Source of the DNA: Anthoceros angustus
Taxonomy: Eukaryota > Plantae > Anthocerotophyta
Length of the DNA stretch: 64,000 nucleotides
Reading direction: 5' to 3'
Assembly (NCBI GenBank): GCA_010909165.1
Contig: MU008161.1
Span: 1,922,001 to 1,986,000, forward strand
Positions 11,239 to 22,213 of this stretch are shown piece by piece. Both the position numbers and the translations under genes were made by a program. The first letter of the stretch is position 1; every line of letters starts with the position of its first letter. The notes below the pieces were generated by a model. It worked only from the letters and a program-made list of their open reading frames with translations, did not search any database and was not told where the DNA came from.

Positions 11239-12224
11239 CCATTCCATGCTCTGGATTCGCTAGCCTGGCCAGCGTGAGTTAGGGTGTGGCCATGGCCCAT
11301 CATAAGTGACCTTCAATCAACTGTGAGGTATTGCTTCCAGCAAGACACTGTCGGTGCAGCAAACTGCTTCTAATACGGCTTCCTCATTTCTCCTTTTCTG
11401 CTCCTTTCTAAAGTTCGGGCTCGCATGCAATGGCAGGAGAGACGTCTCACAGACCCCTTGTGTGGATGAACGGGTAATTGATAGCTCATGGCGGTCAGGG
11501 AGGGAAGGACGAGCGAGTTGTGGAGCTGTAGCTGTGTCGTCTATCAGCGATGTTTCTTACACCTTTCCTACCTTGACCTTTTGAGGATCAAATACCTACC
11601 GTGACCTTTTGAGGATTATTGGATCCCCTTTCAGCTCCTGCTATCCGTTATCAAAGGAATCAAGACAATGTCTTCCAGAAACCTTCATGTTGACACCATT
11701 ACGCTCCAACACGGGAGACTGCAAAACCAACCTGCAGCCATCAGCAAAAAAACCGAAGTGGCATTTGTGTGTTGATCACAAACGTGAAACTCCTATCCTG
11801 TCAGAGGCCACAGTATCCAAAAAATGCATCATGCAGAATGACAAGTATCTGCTAAAGAACGCATCCTGCGCAGTGATTTGCAACACCAGGCAGGTGCCAA
11901 GTCGGCAGTTTCCTCACCGCCGGTAGTTGCAGACATGCATTGCTCTGCTGCCTCCTACAAGTCCCAAGAATCATCAACTCCATGTTGCAAGCCTCAAGAT
12001 GCTTGACATGGTGACTGCTGGTTTCGAGGATGAGTTTTCACTTGGAGAATTGAAATGAAAAATTCGTAGAGCCCATCGTCCATGTCGCTGGGAAAAACTC
12101 GGACCTACCTATTACCTACTCCAGATTCTGCCGCAATATGCCTGCGTAACCCTCTAAGGACCGAGGGTCAGATTTGGGTCCAGAGGCGAGGGCCCCTGCG
12201 AGTTGGGTTCTGCGGTGGGCTGCA

Positions 12225-14708
12225 ATGGCGAGCCTGAGGAGGGTTGCGTCTCCGGTGTCGCCGGCGGGGTTGTATCGGCTGCTTAAGAGGTGCATGTTGG
12301 AGAAGGATGTGGTTGCTGGAAGGAACGTCCATGCTTTGTGTGTGAGGGTTGGATTAGCCTCCGACCCTTTCTTGGCCCACCACATCATTCGCATGTATGC
12401 TGCTCAGGGCTGTTTGCATGAGGCGAGGCAGGTGTTCAGGAAGGTGGCCACTCCCGACCAGTTTGTTTGGGCTTCCATAATCGCAGCACATGGGGAGCTC
12501 AGGGAGCCTGAGCAGGCAATCAGATTGTATGAGGAGATGAGAGAATTGGGTGTGCAGGCGAATGACTACGTTTTTGTGGCAGTCCTGAAGGCATGTGCCA
12601 GTGCAGGGGATCTGGTCTCTGGCAGGCTGGTGCATGCTGATGTTGCAGGCACTCTGTTTGAGGCCAATGCCTTTGTTGGGAGCACTCTGGTGGACATGTA
12701 TGCTAAATGTGGGAGCTTGGAAGATGCTCGTGCAGTGTTTGATAAGGTGAAGTCCAAGGATGTGGTGACATGGAGTGCCATGATTGCAGGGTATGCACAG
12801 GAAGGGCTCGGTCGGGAGGCTCTCGATCTCTACAAGTTGATGCAGCAGGATGGCAGGACTCCGGCTAATAGTTTCACTTTTGTGTGCATTCTTAAGGCTT
12901 GTGGCAGCATAGGGGCCATACAGGAGGGGAAGAGAATTCATGAACAGATTCTGGAGAGGGGACTGGAATGTGATGTGCGCATCGGGAGTGCCTTGGTGGA
13001 CATGTATGTGAAATGCGACAGCCTCGGAGATGCTCGTGCTGTCTTCGACGATCTGCCCATGAGGAATGTGGTCACATGGAGTGCCATGATTGCAGGATAT
13101 GCGCAGCACAGACTTGGTCAGGAGGCCCTTGCACTGTATGACAGAATGCAGGAGCAAGGTGGAGTCGTTCCGGACTCTGTGACTTTCGTGTCGGTTCTGA
13201 ATGCGTGTGCCAGTATTGGTGCCTTGAAGAAGGGGAAGAAGATCCATGCCGAGATCCTGGACAGAGGGCTGGAAGCTGAGGAATTCGTGCGAGTCGGCTT
13301 GCTTGACATGTATGCGAAATGCGGGAGCCTGGATGATGCTTGGACGGTGTTTAACAGGTTGCCTACCAAGAATGCAGTGACATGGAATGCATTAATTGCA
13401 GGATGCGTGCAGCATGGGCTGGGTCATGAAGCCCTGCAGCTTTACGATAGTATGAAGCAGGATTTCACGACGAGCCCAACCACAGTCACATGTGTTTGTG
13501 TGTTGAAGGCATGTGGAAGCATTGGAGCCTTGCAAGCAGGGATGCGTATTCATGCAGAGATTCTTGAGAAGGGACTGGAAGGTAATCTGTTTGTGGGTAA
13601 CACATTGGTAGACATGTACGGAAGATGTGGGAGGGTGGAAGATGCCTGCTCTGTCTTTGAGATGTTGCCAACGAGAGACGTTGGGACATGGACTGCACTT
13701 ATCAATGGCTTCGGCCAATGCAATGACTTCGAAATGGCTATGCAGTGCTTCGAGGAGATGCAGCAAGAAGGCGTGGAAGCTAATGCTGCTACATTTACCT
13801 GCCTTCTTGTGGGATGCAGCCATGTGGGTCTGGTGAGCCAGGGGCAGTATTACTTTAAGATTATGGTTGAAGAGTATGGGATCGCACCGACCATCGAGCA
13901 CTACAATTGCATGGTCGATCTCCTTGGTCGGGCAGGGCACTTGGATGAGGCAGAGGCCATGCTACGAAGCATGCCTTTCCGGTGGCAGGAAAATGTCGTC
14001 GGATGGAAGACTTTGCTGACAGCCTGCAAACAGCACGTAGATATTGAGCGAGCAAGGATATGCTTTGATCGTCTATTACAGCTGGAGCCTCAACACGCTG
14101 CCGGATATATGCTGATGGCAAACATCTTAGCCAGCTGCGGCGAGTGGAATGAGGTGGAGAAAATAGAGGAGATGCGGAAAACAGCTGGTGCTCACAGAAA
14201 GCCCGCGAAAACCTGGATCGAAGTGAACCACAAGGTGCAGGAGTTCATTGTAGGAGAAGAGCGGGACGACATCGTTTCGAAGCTGAGAAGCATGAATCTA
14301 CTGCTGAAGGAGGAAGGACATGTACCTCACACGGACCTGGTGCTGAAGCTAGTATCAGAGCAGGAGAAGGAAGATGCTCTGTGTGGACATGCCGAGAAGC
14401 TGGCTCTGGCCTTCGGCCTACTCACCACTCCGGACGGTACTCCGCTGCTCGTCACAAAGAACCTCCGGATGTGCAACGACTGCCATAGCGGGACCAAGCT
14501 CCTCTCCAGGATAGAAAAACGAGAGATTGTAGTCAGGGACGCACATCGTGTACACCATTTTAGCAATGGCTCGTGCTCTTGCGGAGATTTTCACTTGACA
14601 GTTCAAATCGGGAAACAATCCGAAACTAGTTCCGACTCCAGCTGCGTCACTTCAACAGATCCGATACGGAAGACGCCTCATCATCCTCCTCGTTCAAGAA
14701 CCCGGTGA
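12225..14708 (+). CDS. PLS-class PPR protein with E domains and DYW:KP-type deaminase-like domain (organellar RNA editing factor)
   Basis: Intronless ORF with P-L-S triplets (VVTWSAMIAGYAQ / TFVCILKAC / LVDMYAKCGSL) and E motif. C-terminus has KPAKTWIEV, CGHAEKLALAFGL, KNLRMCNDCH, CSCGDFH and a 37-aa tail. First ATG is at 12225. Confidence 0.92.
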   Translation: MASLRRVASPVSPAGLYRLLKRCMLEKDVVAGRNVHALCVRVGLASDPFLAHHIIRMYAAQGCLHEARQVFRKVATPDQFVWASIIAAHGELREPEQAIRLYEEMRELGVQANDYVFVAVLKACASAGDLVSGRLVHADVAGTLFEANAFVGSTLVDMYAKCGSLEDARAVFDKVKSKDVVTWSAMIAGYAQEGLGREALDLYKLMQQDGRTPANSFTFVCILKACGSIGAIQEGKRIHEQILERGLECDVRIGSALVDMYVKCDSLGDARAVFDDLPMRNVVTWSAMIAGYAQHRLGQEALALYDRMQEQGGVVPDSVTFVSVLNACASIGALKKGKKIHAEILDRGLEAEEFVRVGLLDMYAKCGSLDDAWTVFNRLPTKNAVTWNALIAGCVQHGLGHEALQLYDSMKQDFTTSPTTVTCVCVLKACGSIGALQAGMRIHAEILEKGLEGNLFVGNTLVDMYGRCGRVEDACSVFEMLPTRDVGTWTALINGFGQCNDFEMAMQCFEEMQQEGVEANAATFTCLLVGCSHVGLVSQGQYYFKIMVEEYGIAPTIEHYNCMVDLLGRAGHLDEAEAMLRSMPFRWQENVVGWKTLLTACKQHVDIERARICFDRLLQLEPQHAAGYMLMANILASCGEWNEVEKIEEMRKTAGAHRKPAKTWIEVNHKVQEFIVGEERDDIVSKLRSMNLLLKEEGHVPHTDLVLKLVSEQEKEDALCGHAEKLALAFGLLTTPDGTPLLVTKNLRMCNDCHSGTKLLSRIEKREIVVRDAHRVHHFSNGSCSCGDFHLTVQIGKQSETSSDSSCVTSTDPIRKTPHHPPRSRTR

Positions 14709-15291
14709 TAGCGGCCTGGAGATCCCTCTCCTCACGCAGCAGGTTGCGGAAAAAACGCTCCATGTCCCTAGCTCGTCGCCTTGCCAGCTGTTCCAGCAAC
14801 GCTATTCTCCGCCTGTACAGGTCAAGAAGACTGTTAACATCAGGAGGCAAGGCCGGCTCCAGCTCCCTCATCACGCCGGAGTTGATGCTCCTCTCCCGCT
14901 TCCATCGCTGCGCCGGGGGAAGCCCTTGCCCGCCGTCCGTGGCTGCCGAGGTCGGTGACGATGCGTCCCCGCTCGGCGTGGTTGCAATCTGCAGCCAGTC
15001 GGAATCGACTTGTGCTCCGCCCGGGCTCTGCGGATGGTGATCTGCCGGCTCCGGATCGGGTTGAATCAGATCGAGCAGCCGCGGCACAGCGCTAGCGGCG
15101 CTAGTGCTCGCATCCCGATCTGGTATCAAACTGAACTTCATCCTCCACCGGAATGCACCGCGCAAACTCCCCTGCTGCAGCCCCGGCGGCTTGCAGCTGC
15201 TCTCTGTGGCGGCTGTCGGCTTGGTCGAAGTTCCCGCGGAGATGGTAACTTGGAAGCTTGTGGAATTGGCGGCGCAGAAGGTTCTGGTCAT
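14647..15291 (-). CDS. Hypothetical protein with coiled-coil-like C-terminus, convergent with and overlapping the PPR gene
   Basis: GC-rich 214-codon ORF with a helical charged segment (LLDLYRRRIALLEQLARRRARDMERFFRNLLREERDL) and an acidic end. No family recognised. Confidence 0.3.
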   Translation of the reverse strand: MTRTFCAANSTSFQVTISAGTSTKPTAATESSCKPPGLQQGSLRGAFRWRMKFSLIPDRDASTSAASAVPRLLDLIQPDPEPADHHPQSPGGAQVDSDWLQIATTPSGDASSPTSAATDGGQGLPPAQRWKRERSINSGVMRELEPALPPDVNSLLDLYRRRIALLEQLARRRARDMERFFRNLLREERDLQAAITGFLNEEDDEASSVSDLLK

Positions 15292-15524
15292 GGACTCGTG
15301 ATCGCCTTTGCTGCCATCGCTTGTAGCTGCGGATGTCAGTCCATTGCAGTCTGTCTGACGAACGGCAGGTGGAGACAGTAGACCTCTCTATCAATGCGTG
15401 CTGTACCTTCAGGTAATCTGAAGATGTTCGAATCAACCTCATGACCTATTTCAGTGTAAAGTTAAATTGGTTTAATAATCCCAGCGTAATAAGCCGTCGT
15501 AATTACTACCTCCTGATAAGAGCT

Positions 15525-15855
15525 CTTTCTCCTCCGTCCATTCCACTTTCTGCCTTCCGTTGTTCATTTCCGTTCTTCCTCCTCTATTCATTTCCGTTCT
15601 TCCTCCTTTGTTCATTTCCTTCTCTTTTTTCTTCCTTCCTTACTTCATTTCCTTACTTCCTGTCCTCCGTTCTTTTCCTCTCGCCTTTCCGTCCTTCATT
15701 CCTTTGTCCATGTCCTTTCTTCCTCCCTTTGTTCATCGCCTTCTATCCTTCCTTTGCCCATTTCCATTCTACCTTCCTTTGTTCATTTCCTTTCCTTGCT
15801 CATTTTTCGCAATCCATCCTAGAAATGTTCATTTCTTTTCTTCCATCCCCTATTC
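15525..15855. repeat. Polypyrimidine (CT-rich) low-complexity tract
   Basis: About 330 bp dominated by ttcc/ttcctc/ttcattt units. Confidence 0.85.
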
Positions 15856-15909
15856 ATCGTGATCCACGAGCCCTTGGAAGTCCCTAACCTGAGATTTATC
15901 AAACTCTGC

Positions 15910-16081
15910 GGTTAGGGGACACAAGGGGACACTACAGAGGAAAACCACGCTTACCCTGTGGAAACATTTTCTCAACCCAAGGTTAGAGACACCACACATG
16001 AGACATTGCTTACCATGTGGAAATAGCTTTTCAACACGAGGTTAGAGATCACTACAAAGGAGACTTAGCTTACCATTTGGA
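15910..16081. repeat. Degenerate ~59-bp tandem repeat, 3 copies
   Basis: The unit ggttag(a/g)ga..cac(t/c)aca....gcttacc(a/c)t(g/t)tgga recurs at about 59-60 bp period. Confidence 0.7.
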
Positions 16082-16187
16082 CTTCTGAGCCCGAAGTTGG
16101 GTCAGGAGAATTCGTCAAGGGCAATTTGTGGTTGAGGTTCAAGAATGTCGAACCAAGCTGCTTCAGCCTTGAGTATATGGCTTCACT

Positions 16188-19100
16188 TCAAGGGTGCTTT
16201 CTATCTCCAACCAGAAAACTATGCACCAGTCCTTTCCTGTCTGTCCACCAGCTTTGGCCTGGCTGCTTCCAGGCTCCAATTTGCACTCTCCTAGCCTGCA
16301 TCTCCAGACCCTCCTCCCACATGTGAGCAGCGGTGTATATGTTTGCCATCAACACATATGCTGCGGCATCTTGCTCATCTAACTTCACTGCTTCATAGAA
16401 AGCACATCTTCCCACCTCCAAGTTGCTCCACGTTCCACAGGCACTAAGCAGAGTGTGCCAAACTGCAGCAGGAGGAACTACAGGCATTGCCCGTGCCAAT
16501 GCAAGTGCGGTGTCGAGTTGCCCGGCACGACCCAGGAGATCAACCATGCATGTGTAGTGCTCTGCGGCGGGAGTGATGCCGTAGTCACTGGTCATTGCAT
16601 TGAAGTACTCTTGCCCCTCATTCACTAGGCCCGAATAACTGCATGCTGTCAGTACACTGAGAAATGTGATGGAGTTTGGCTCAGTGCCATCGACTTGCAT
16701 TCTCTGAACCAAGTGAAAGACTGCTTCACAGTCTCCTTGGCAGGTGTATCCTGCAATCAGCACATTCCAGGCCACGACATCTCGTTCGGGTAATGCATCG
16801 AACACCTGGTGTGCATCGACCATGCTCCCGGCCTTTGCATACATGTTTATTAAGCTTTTGGCTACCAGGACATCCGCTTGCAGCCCTTTTTCTTCTATCT
16901 CAGCATGAAGATGCCTTCCTGGATACAATGCAGCCACATTTGCACAAGCTTGTAAGAGGCACATAAATGTCACTGCATTGGGTAGAGTGATGCCTTCATC
17001 TCGCATAGCACTGTAAAGATTCAGGGCTTCCTGGGCCATGCCCTGCTGGGAATATCCTGCTATCAGAGCGGTCCACGTCACGACATCCTTCTCACCCAGT
17101 CCGTCAAACACGCCCTGGGCATCCTCTAGGCTGCCACACTTTGCATACATGTTTACCAGGCTGCAACCTACAAACACATCAGCCTCAAGTCCTTGTTCTC
17201 GAATTTGTGCATGAAGCTGCTTCCCTTCCTGCAAAGCTGGGGTACCCACACCCGCACATGCTTGCAGAAGGCACACAAATGTCATGGAATTGGGTGGAGC
17301 GATGCCTTCTTCTCGCATAGCACTGTAAAGATGAAGGGCTTGCTGGCCCAGATCCTGCTGGGAATATCCTGTTATCAGAGCGGTCCATGTCACAACATTC
17401 TTTTGGCCAATTCTGTCAAACACGTCTTGGGCATCCTCAAGGCTGCCACACTTTGCATACATGTTTACCAGGCTGCAACCTACCACCGCATCAGCATCAA
17501 GTCCTCGTTCTCCAATCTGTGCATGAAGCTGCTTCCCCATCTGCAAAGCCACGGTACCCACACATGCACAAGCCTGCAGGAGGGACACAAATGTTACAGA
17601 ATCGGGTGCAACAATGCCCTCTTCTACCATAGAACTGTAAACACCAAGGGCTTCTTGGCCCATGCCTTGCTGAGAGTATGCTGCTATCATGGCATTCCAT
17701 GTCACCACAGCTTTCTGAGGCAGTCCATCAAACACGAACTGAGCATCCTCTGTGCTGCCACACTTTGCATACATGTTTACCAGACTGCAACCTAAGAATA
17801 CATCAACTTGAAGTCCTCGCTCTCCAATCTGAGCATGAAGCTGCTTTCCCTTCGCCAAAGCTGGGCCACCTACACTCGCACATGCCTGCAAGAGGCAAAC
17901 AATTGTTGCGGGATTGGGTGGAGCAACGCCTTCTTCTTGCATTGAACTGTAAAGACAAAGTGCTTCCTGACCCATGCCCTGCTGGGAATATCCTGCTATC
18001 AGAGCCGTCCACGCCACCACAGATTTTTCATCAAGCCTGTCAAATACTTCCTGTGCATCCTGAAGACTGCCACACCGTACATACATGTTCACCAGACTGC
18101 CACCTACCATCATATCAGCCTGTAATCCATGCTCAGCTTCAATCTGTGCATGAAGCTGCTTCCCCTTCTCCAAAGCCAGTGCACCCATACTTGCACATGC
18201 TTGCAGAAGACACACAAATGTCACAGAATTGGGTGTAGTGATGCACTCTGCTCGCATTGCACTGTAAAGATGAATAGCTTCCTGGGCCATGCCCTGCTGC
18301 GAATATCCTGTTATCAAAGCAGTCCAAGTGACAACATCTTTTCGATCAAGGCTGTTGAACACTCTCCTTGCATCCTCTAGGCTGCCACACTTTGAATACA
18401 TATTGACCAGGCTGCAACCTACAAACACATCAGCCTGAAGCCCTTGCTTTCCAATCTTTGCATGAAGCTCCTTCCCCTTCTCCAAAGCCTGCATACCCAC
18501 ACTTGAGCATGCTTGCAGGAGGGAAACAAAAGTCACAGAATCAGGTACACTGATGCCTTCTTCTTGCATAGCACTGTAAAGACGAAGGGCCTCCTGACCC
18601 ATACCCTGCTGGGAGTAGCCTGCTATCATGGCATTCCATGTCACCACATCCTTTCTGCCAAGTCCATCAAACACTCTTTGACCGTGTTCCAAGTTCCCGC
18701 ACTTTGCATACATGTCTACCAAGCAGTTAGACACAAACAAATCAGGCTCAACCCCACTAGCCAACACGTCAGCATGCACCTGCTGCCCAGTCTTCACGTC
18801 TGCTCCCCTTGCGCAAGCCTGTAGGGCTGCTACAAACACATGGCCATCTGGCTTCACATTTGACCTCCGCATCTCTCGATACAGCTCTATGGCCTGACCA
18901 GCTCGCCCGTGTTTAACATGGGCAGAAATTATGGACGACCACATGAAGGCATCTGGTTTGCCAACCACGGTGAACACATCCATCGCTTCTTGTAACCTGC
19001 CATGAGAAGTATACATCCGCATGATGTGGTTGCACAAGAACGTGTCCGACTCACACCCATTCTCCAGTGCGAGGGCATGAACCCGGCGACCCATCACCAG

Positions 19101-19391
19101 ATCCCTTTTCACAACACATTGCTTGAGGACTGTGTACATGAGAGAAACAGAAACACAGCAGTATGCCTGAACCAAAATTCCCAGAGCCTCCACAGCCTCA
19201 GTGAGCTGCCCCTGCCCCTGCTGGCAAAGTCTGCTCACGGTCTCAGCCGTTGGGAAGTTAAATGTAAAGGCACCACGACCCATCTGCATATCCAGAGCAG
19301 TTACACATCCACGCAAGCTCGATTCTTGAAGCTGAGGACCTGGTGGGCCTTCCTCAGCTGGAAGGCAGGGCACCTCCCCACCAAAGCGCAT
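16188..19391 (-). CDS. PLS-class PPR protein ending in a WW-type PG box/partial E+ (no DYW); possibly a young pseudogene
   Basis: 1067-aa intronless ORF of highly similar PLS triplets ending KQPGQSWWTDRKGLVHSFLVGDRKHP*. In-frame TGA stops lie at both ends with coding-like sequence beyond them. Confidence 0.88.
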   Translation of the reverse strand: MRFGGEVPCLPAEEGPPGPQLQESSLRGCVTALDMQMGRGAFTFNFPTAETVSRLCQQGQGQLTEAVEALGILVQAYCCVSVSLMYTVLKQCVVKRDLVMGRRVHALALENGCESDTFLCNHIMRMYTSHGRLQEAMDVFTVVGKPDAFMWSSIISAHVKHGRAGQAIELYREMRRSNVKPDGHVFVAALQACARGADVKTGQQVHADVLASGVEPDLFVSNCLVDMYAKCGNLEHGQRVFDGLGRKDVVTWNAMIAGYSQQGMGQEALRLYSAMQEEGISVPDSVTFVSLLQACSSVGMQALEKGKELHAKIGKQGLQADVFVGCSLVNMYSKCGSLEDARRVFNSLDRKDVVTWTALITGYSQQGMAQEAIHLYSAMRAECITTPNSVTFVCLLQACASMGALALEKGKQLHAQIEAEHGLQADMMVGGSLVNMYVRCGSLQDAQEVFDRLDEKSVVAWTALIAGYSQQGMGQEALCLYSSMQEEGVAPPNPATIVCLLQACASVGGPALAKGKQLHAQIGERGLQVDVFLGCSLVNMYAKCGSTEDAQFVFDGLPQKAVVTWNAMIAAYSQQGMGQEALGVYSSMVEEGIVAPDSVTFVSLLQACACVGTVALQMGKQLHAQIGERGLDADAVVGCSLVNMYAKCGSLEDAQDVFDRIGQKNVVTWTALITGYSQQDLGQQALHLYSAMREEGIAPPNSMTFVCLLQACAGVGTPALQEGKQLHAQIREQGLEADVFVGCSLVNMYAKCGSLEDAQGVFDGLGEKDVVTWTALIAGYSQQGMAQEALNLYSAMRDEGITLPNAVTFMCLLQACANVAALYPGRHLHAEIEEKGLQADVLVAKSLINMYAKAGSMVDAHQVFDALPERDVVAWNVLIAGYTCQGDCEAVFHLVQRMQVDGTEPNSITFLSVLTACSYSGLVNEGQEYFNAMTSDYGITPAAEHYTCMVDLLGRAGQLDTALALARAMPVVPPAAVWHTLLSACGTWSNLEVGRCAFYEAVKLDEQDAAAYVLMANIYTAAHMWEEGLEMQARRVQIGAWKQPGQSWWTDRKGLVHSFLVGDRKHP

Positions 19392-20476
19392 TCAGAAAAA
19401 CCCGTCCCCACAAGGGCTCCTGCCGCCCGCCTTCACCGGACGATCCTTCTCCAGCCAGACGTTCTCTTGCACGAGCTGGGTTGGTTGCCCGAAAAGAGAT
19501 GCTCTTCCCACAAGATCTGCTATCCCACCAAGATGTCTTTGTCGGGACCAGAACGGGCTCTGTGGCCCCCTGTGTGAATGAAGTGCAAGGGGCCAGGCAG
19601 CCATGATTCGCGCAAGCACTTGCGGAACGCATGGTTTCCCTTCCGGATGATTCACTCAATCACCCAGCTTGCTTCCCGACTTGCAAAGCTAGAGCAGCAA
19701 GACTTTGCTCAGAGTTGGTGATGGCAGGTTGGAATCGGAGGTCCATGCCATCCTGTTCTCTGGGTGACGTGCCGGAGTTCGTGTAATTATAGACAATTTC
19801 CTCACAGCATAAACAGCTTGCAGAGACAAATTACAAATATAACAAATCATGTCATGCCACTTTGCACAAAGCAAAACAGTCATCTTGTGATGAATAGTGT
19901 GGTATGACATGTCACTTTGCACACAGAAAAACCATTCTGTCAAAGCCAAAAAGAAACAGTTTGCGGTGACTATCACAAACCACATGCATGCTCACAAGAT
20001 ACATATTAAATGGTGATGAGCATGTGCTCCAGGATTGCTCACATGCTAGGAAAGGAATTGAAATTACTGGTAACCACAGATCGTGCTTGTGTGCACTTAG
20101 GCAGTATGTGGGCAGGCACTCGTGCCTGTTGCAGACGAAGGGATGAGGTGCGTTCTCCTAACTTCTTCTCGTCTAACTACTTGCCTAACTGGAGCTGTAT
20201 GTCTGGATTCCTATAATACACGCTGTGTCACTGTTGGCACACAGCCTAATCCGGGTCTCGTTGGAAGCCATGTTCACAAGCTATCGAATCCCAGATATCA
20301 CATACGTAAATAATGCAGCCGAGTCTGCTGGGCAGGCATGCCCTGCAGAAGAACAAACGGTCACTTATGGTTCCACATCCTGTTTCCACCTCTCTGGCAC
20401 GGCACCACCCAAAGTGGGGATCCCAATCCCACAGCGCCACTGCATTTCAGGGGATCGGACATGTTACTCCTCAAAT

Positions 20477-21738
20477 TCAACCTCCAAATTTGCGAGGTCG
20501 TAAACATCTATCCAGTGCATGATACACGGTGGCATTGGCCATCCTCCTGTAGTCCTTGAGCTCCAGACGGGGCATGACATTCACTTTGGTTTGCCTCGGC
20601 TTCATATACTCCCCACACTTGGGCATGTCATTCTCCCAAACTCCTTCAAACTTGGACTTGATCGATCCATAGTAGTACACTCCCATGCCTTCCTTCAAGT
20701 CGTTCACAAAATGGCCCTCGTACACATCACCACCCACTGCAGAACCTTTCACAACTTCAGCCCACAAACGACTCCCACAACCTTCTGCAGAAGCACCCAA
20801 CATAACAAGACTAAACCAGCGGACTGTCATTACCCATAACCAATATCCCGACACCTTCTCTCTTGTCATCGACCCACTCTCCGTTATACACATCGTACAA
20901 GTTCTTCTTGCCGGTGAAGTAGGTCTGCCTGCCGTGCCCGTTCCTCATTCCTGATGCAAAATAGCCTTCATACTTCTCCCCACACTCACCCCACAGAGTC
21001 CCCTTGCCCTGAACACCATCACATCATGCATGGTAACACTTGTAACACACACACTCCAACAAAAAAAAACCAACCAAACAAAGAAGAGCTCACGCAAAAC
21101 TCACATGCCACATATCAGCCTTCCAGCTGCCCTTGTACAGAGTCCGGAACCTCATGCCATCATTGACGTAGAAAATGCCTTGCCCATCCCTCAACCCGTT
21201 CTTCCAGAACCCCTCATACCGGGTCCCACTCTTGTAGACGTGGATTCCTTTCCCTGCTCACATCCACGCAACCTGTTCATGACCCTCGCACTAGGACCCA
21301 TATTCACGACCGGCCGCAAACACCCACAACCTCACAACCCACAATGTCATTTCCCCAAACTGCCCCTCCCTGTAAGCAGAGCAGAAAAAGCCCACACGTT
21401 CCACCCACCCTAGGAAGCTTCCTGGAAAATGCCTCCCCGCGAAGCTTCCAGGCACCTTCCGGGGCAGCAGAATCCGTACCTTCCTTCTTGTCGCGGCGCC
21501 ACTCGCCCCAGTACCAGTCGCCCGTGACCCAGTGCACGTAGGGGCGGAATCCCTCCTTGTAGGCGCTGCGTTCGCGCACCTTGGAGGCCCGCTCGCGGCC
21601 CCAGCCGGTGTGGCCCGGCACCAAAGCGCACCAGGCGCTGCTGGGCCTGCTCCCGAACCCCGACACCGGCCGCACCACCGTCTCCCGCGCCTTCAGACTC
21701 GCGGGAGCTGAGGACGGCCTGCCCGTCCTGGACGCCAT
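20477..21738 (-). CDS. MORN-repeat protein (MORN3-like), multi-exon
   Basis: MORN motifs GDWYWGEWRRDKKEG, YKSGTRYEGFWKNGLRDGQG and GDVYEGHFVNDLKEGMG, plus the MORN3-type tail KFEGVWENDMPKCGEY. GT-AG introns. Confidence 0.8.
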
Positions 21739-22169
21739 CCCGGCTCAGTCCATCGCGCTCACAGCAAGCCATCAATCCCTCCTTCCTCCTTTGCAGTTAT
21801 GCTTCCTCCTCACGCGGTATATCGCACCGGGCTATGCGCTCCGTCAGTTACCGCTTTCAGCCGACACGGACACACGGACATGGAATCTCTCTTCCTCCAA
21901 CCAACCAACCAACCGACCAACCGAACGTGTTGTCCGCTTTTTCGTCCCTTGCTAACTCTACATATTTATATACATCACTAAAATATTTTATTTATATATA
22001 TGCATCACTACCTATAATCAGAGAATAGAGTAGACATTATTAATAGACGAGATGGGAAATCCCATCTGAAGTATGAGGAGGAACAACCCAAAAAAGGACT
22101 AATGGTAACAAGGGAAGTCCCATAATGAAAATATATAAGAGATATTGTACTTTCTAACATACGATCATC

Positions 22170-22213
22170 CATCCATTATCAAGTACTCTCATCCATTATC
22201 GAGTACTCTCATC
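22170..22213. repeat. Short 20-bp tandem repeat in AT-rich intergenic DNA between divergent genes
   Basis: catccattatc(a/g)agtactct repeated in tandem. Confidence 0.75.

Noticed and set aside
15121-15130. tggtatcaaa resembling a retrotransposon PBS
   Set aside because: It is a short partial match with no LTR or gag/pol beside it.
15910-16081. CRISPR-like repeat-spacer appearance (also 44468-44665)
   Set aside because: The whole units are degenerate tandem copies with no unique spacers, the context is eukaryotic and there are no cas genes.
12116-19577. Many antisense or alternate-frame ORFs over the PPR genes (likewise over the ROCO, SNRNP27 and RKD genes)
   Set aside because: They are shadow ORFs produced by GC-rich, repetitive coding sequence.
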